Positions 62,176 through 64,000 of a stretch of 64,000 bases of DNA are shown here, piece by piece. The stretch lies in the NCBI RefSeq assembly GCF_016026235.1, contig NZ_CP065613.1. One strand, given 5' to 3'. Under the pieces are notes generated by a model. The model did no database searches and was not told where the DNA came from. It saw nothing but the letters and a program-made list of their open reading frames with translations. The stretch is from Escherichia coli. Lineage in GTDB: Bacteria > Pseudomonadota > Gammaproteobacteria > Enterobacterales > Enterobacteriaceae. The position numbers and the translations under genes were made by a program. Within the stretch, counting starts at the first letter, position 1. The number at the start of each line of letters is the position of its first letter.

Positions 62176-63351
62176 ATGTCCCGCTTTTTGATTTGTAGTT
62201 TTGCCCTGGTTTTACTTTATCCCGCCGGGATTGATATGTACCTCGTTGGTTTACCGCGCATCGCCGCCGATCTCAATGCCAGCGAAGCGCAGTTACATAT
62301 TGCGTTCTCCGTTTATCTGGCAGGTATGGCAGCTGCGATGTTATTTGCCGGTAAAGTGGCCGATCGTTCAGGGAGAAAGCCTGTCGCCATACCAGGCGCG
62401 GCGCTATTTATTATCGCCTCGGTGTTCTGTTCACTGGCTGAAACCAGCACGTTATTTCTTGCAGGCCGATTTCTACAGGGGTTGGGCGCAGGCTGTTGTT
62501 ACGTAGTGGCGTTCGCCATTTTGCGCGACACGCTGGATGATCGACGTCGGGCTAAAGTGCTGTCATTACTCAACGGTATTACCTGCATCATTCCGGTGTT
62601 AGCGCCAGTGCTCGGACATCTGATTATGCTTAAATTCCCGTGGCAGAGTCTGTTCTGGGCGATGGCAATGATGGGCATCGCGGTACTGATGTTGTCTTTG
62701 TTTATTTTAAAAGAAACGCGCCCAGCGTCCCCCGCTGCTTCGGACAAACCACGAGAAAATAGCGAGTCGCTGCTTAATCGGTTTTTCCTCAGCCGTGTTG
62801 TTATCACCACCCTCAGCGTTTCGGTGATCCTCACTTTCGTCAATACATCGCCGGTATTGCTGATGGAAATCATGGGTTTTGAGCGCGGAGAATACGCCAC
62901 CATTATGGCGTTGACCGCTGGCGTCAGCATGACCGTTTCATTCTCCACGCCATTTGCGCTGGGAATTTTTAAGCCACGTACGTTGATGATCACCTCGCAG
63001 GTGTTATTCCTTGCGGCGGGGATCACCCTTGCCGTTTCACCTTCCCATGCGGTTTCTCTGTTTGGTATCACGCTGATTTGCGCCGGTTTCTCGGTAGGTT
63101 TTGGCGTAGCGATGAGTCAGGCGTTAGGACCATTTTCATTACGCGCGGGCGTAGCCAGCTCGACCTTAGGTATTGCGCAGGTTTGCGGTTCGTCACTGTG
63201 GATTTGGCTGGCAGCGGTGGTTGGTATCGGCGCATGGAATATGCTGATCGGGATTCTGATTGCCTGTAGCATAGTGAGCCTGTTGCTGATTATGTTCGTC
63301 GCGCCTGGACGCCCCGTTGCCGCTCATGAAGAAATCCATCACCACGCTTGA
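62176..63351 (+). CDS. mdtL: multidrug efflux MFS transporter
   Basis: 391 aa. Confidence 0.9.
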
Positions 63352-64000
63352 TCTCAATCTGCTGCTCTGTCTGCAACTGCTGATGCAGGAGCGCAGCGTG
63401 ACCAAAGCGGCGAAGCGGATGAACGTGACCCCTTCAGCGGTGAGTAAGTCGCTGGCAAAGTTAAGAGCGTGGTTTGACGACCCGCTCTTTGTGAACTCAC
63501 CGCTGGGGCTGTCGCCCACACCGCTAATGGTCAGCATGGAGCAAAATCTGGCGGAATGGATGCAAATGAGCAATCTGCTGCTGGATAAACCGCACCACCA
63601 GACACCGCGCGGCCTGAAGTTTGAGTTGGCGGCGGAATCGCCGCTGATGATGATCATGCTTAATGCGCTGTCGAAACGGATCTACCAACGTTACCCGCAG
63701 GCGACCATCAAACTACGTAACTGGGATTACGATTCCTTAGATGCCATTACTCGTGGTGAAGTGGATATTGGTTTTTCCGGTCGCGAAAGCCATCCTCGCT
63801 CGCGGGAGCTGTTAAGCTCGCTACCGTTAGCCATTGATTATGAAGTGCTGTTTAGTGATGTACCCTGCGTCTGGTTACGCAAAGATCATCCGGCACTGCA
63901 TGAAACGTGGAATCTGGACACCTTTTTACGTTATCCGCATATCAGCATTTGCTGGGAACAGAGCGACACCTGGGCGCTGGACAATGTGTTACAGGAGCTG
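63326..64000 (+). CDS. yidZ: LysR-family transcriptional regulator, 5' partial (runs off the window end)
   Basis: ATG at 63326 gives [46 protein letters not shown] (LysR HTH); no stop before 64000. Overlaps the mdtL 3' end by 26 nt. Confidence 0.8.

Overview
This window reads as a contiguous Escherichia coli chromosomal segment running from yicI/yicJ and tRNA-Sec (selC) through the uhp, ilvBN, dgo, ibpAB and glv loci to the replication-gene cluster gyrB-recF-dnaN-dnaA, rpmH-rnpA-yidD-yidC-mnmE and the tna operon, ending inside yidZ. Gene identities come from reading the supplied translations and recognising them from memory; no database search was possible. Starts were trimmed where the ORF track extended upstream through GTG/TTG or in-frame codons. 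Most of the window is conserved core genome. Two stretches look accessory: (1) a toxin-antitoxin-like gene pair between nepI and yicN (9784-10450), and (2) an IS10-like insertion sequence with a frameshifted transposase that splits adeQ (about 12299-13593). Other points worth a look are the IstR/tisB SOS toxin locus with its pairing repeat, an intact-looking glvG beside a split glvC/glvB, an unoccupied selC site, and several operator and promoter motifs. I found no CRISPR array, prophage or rRNA. Nothing here can be called a novel system from sequence alone; the toxin-antitoxin pair is the best candidate for strain-specific content.
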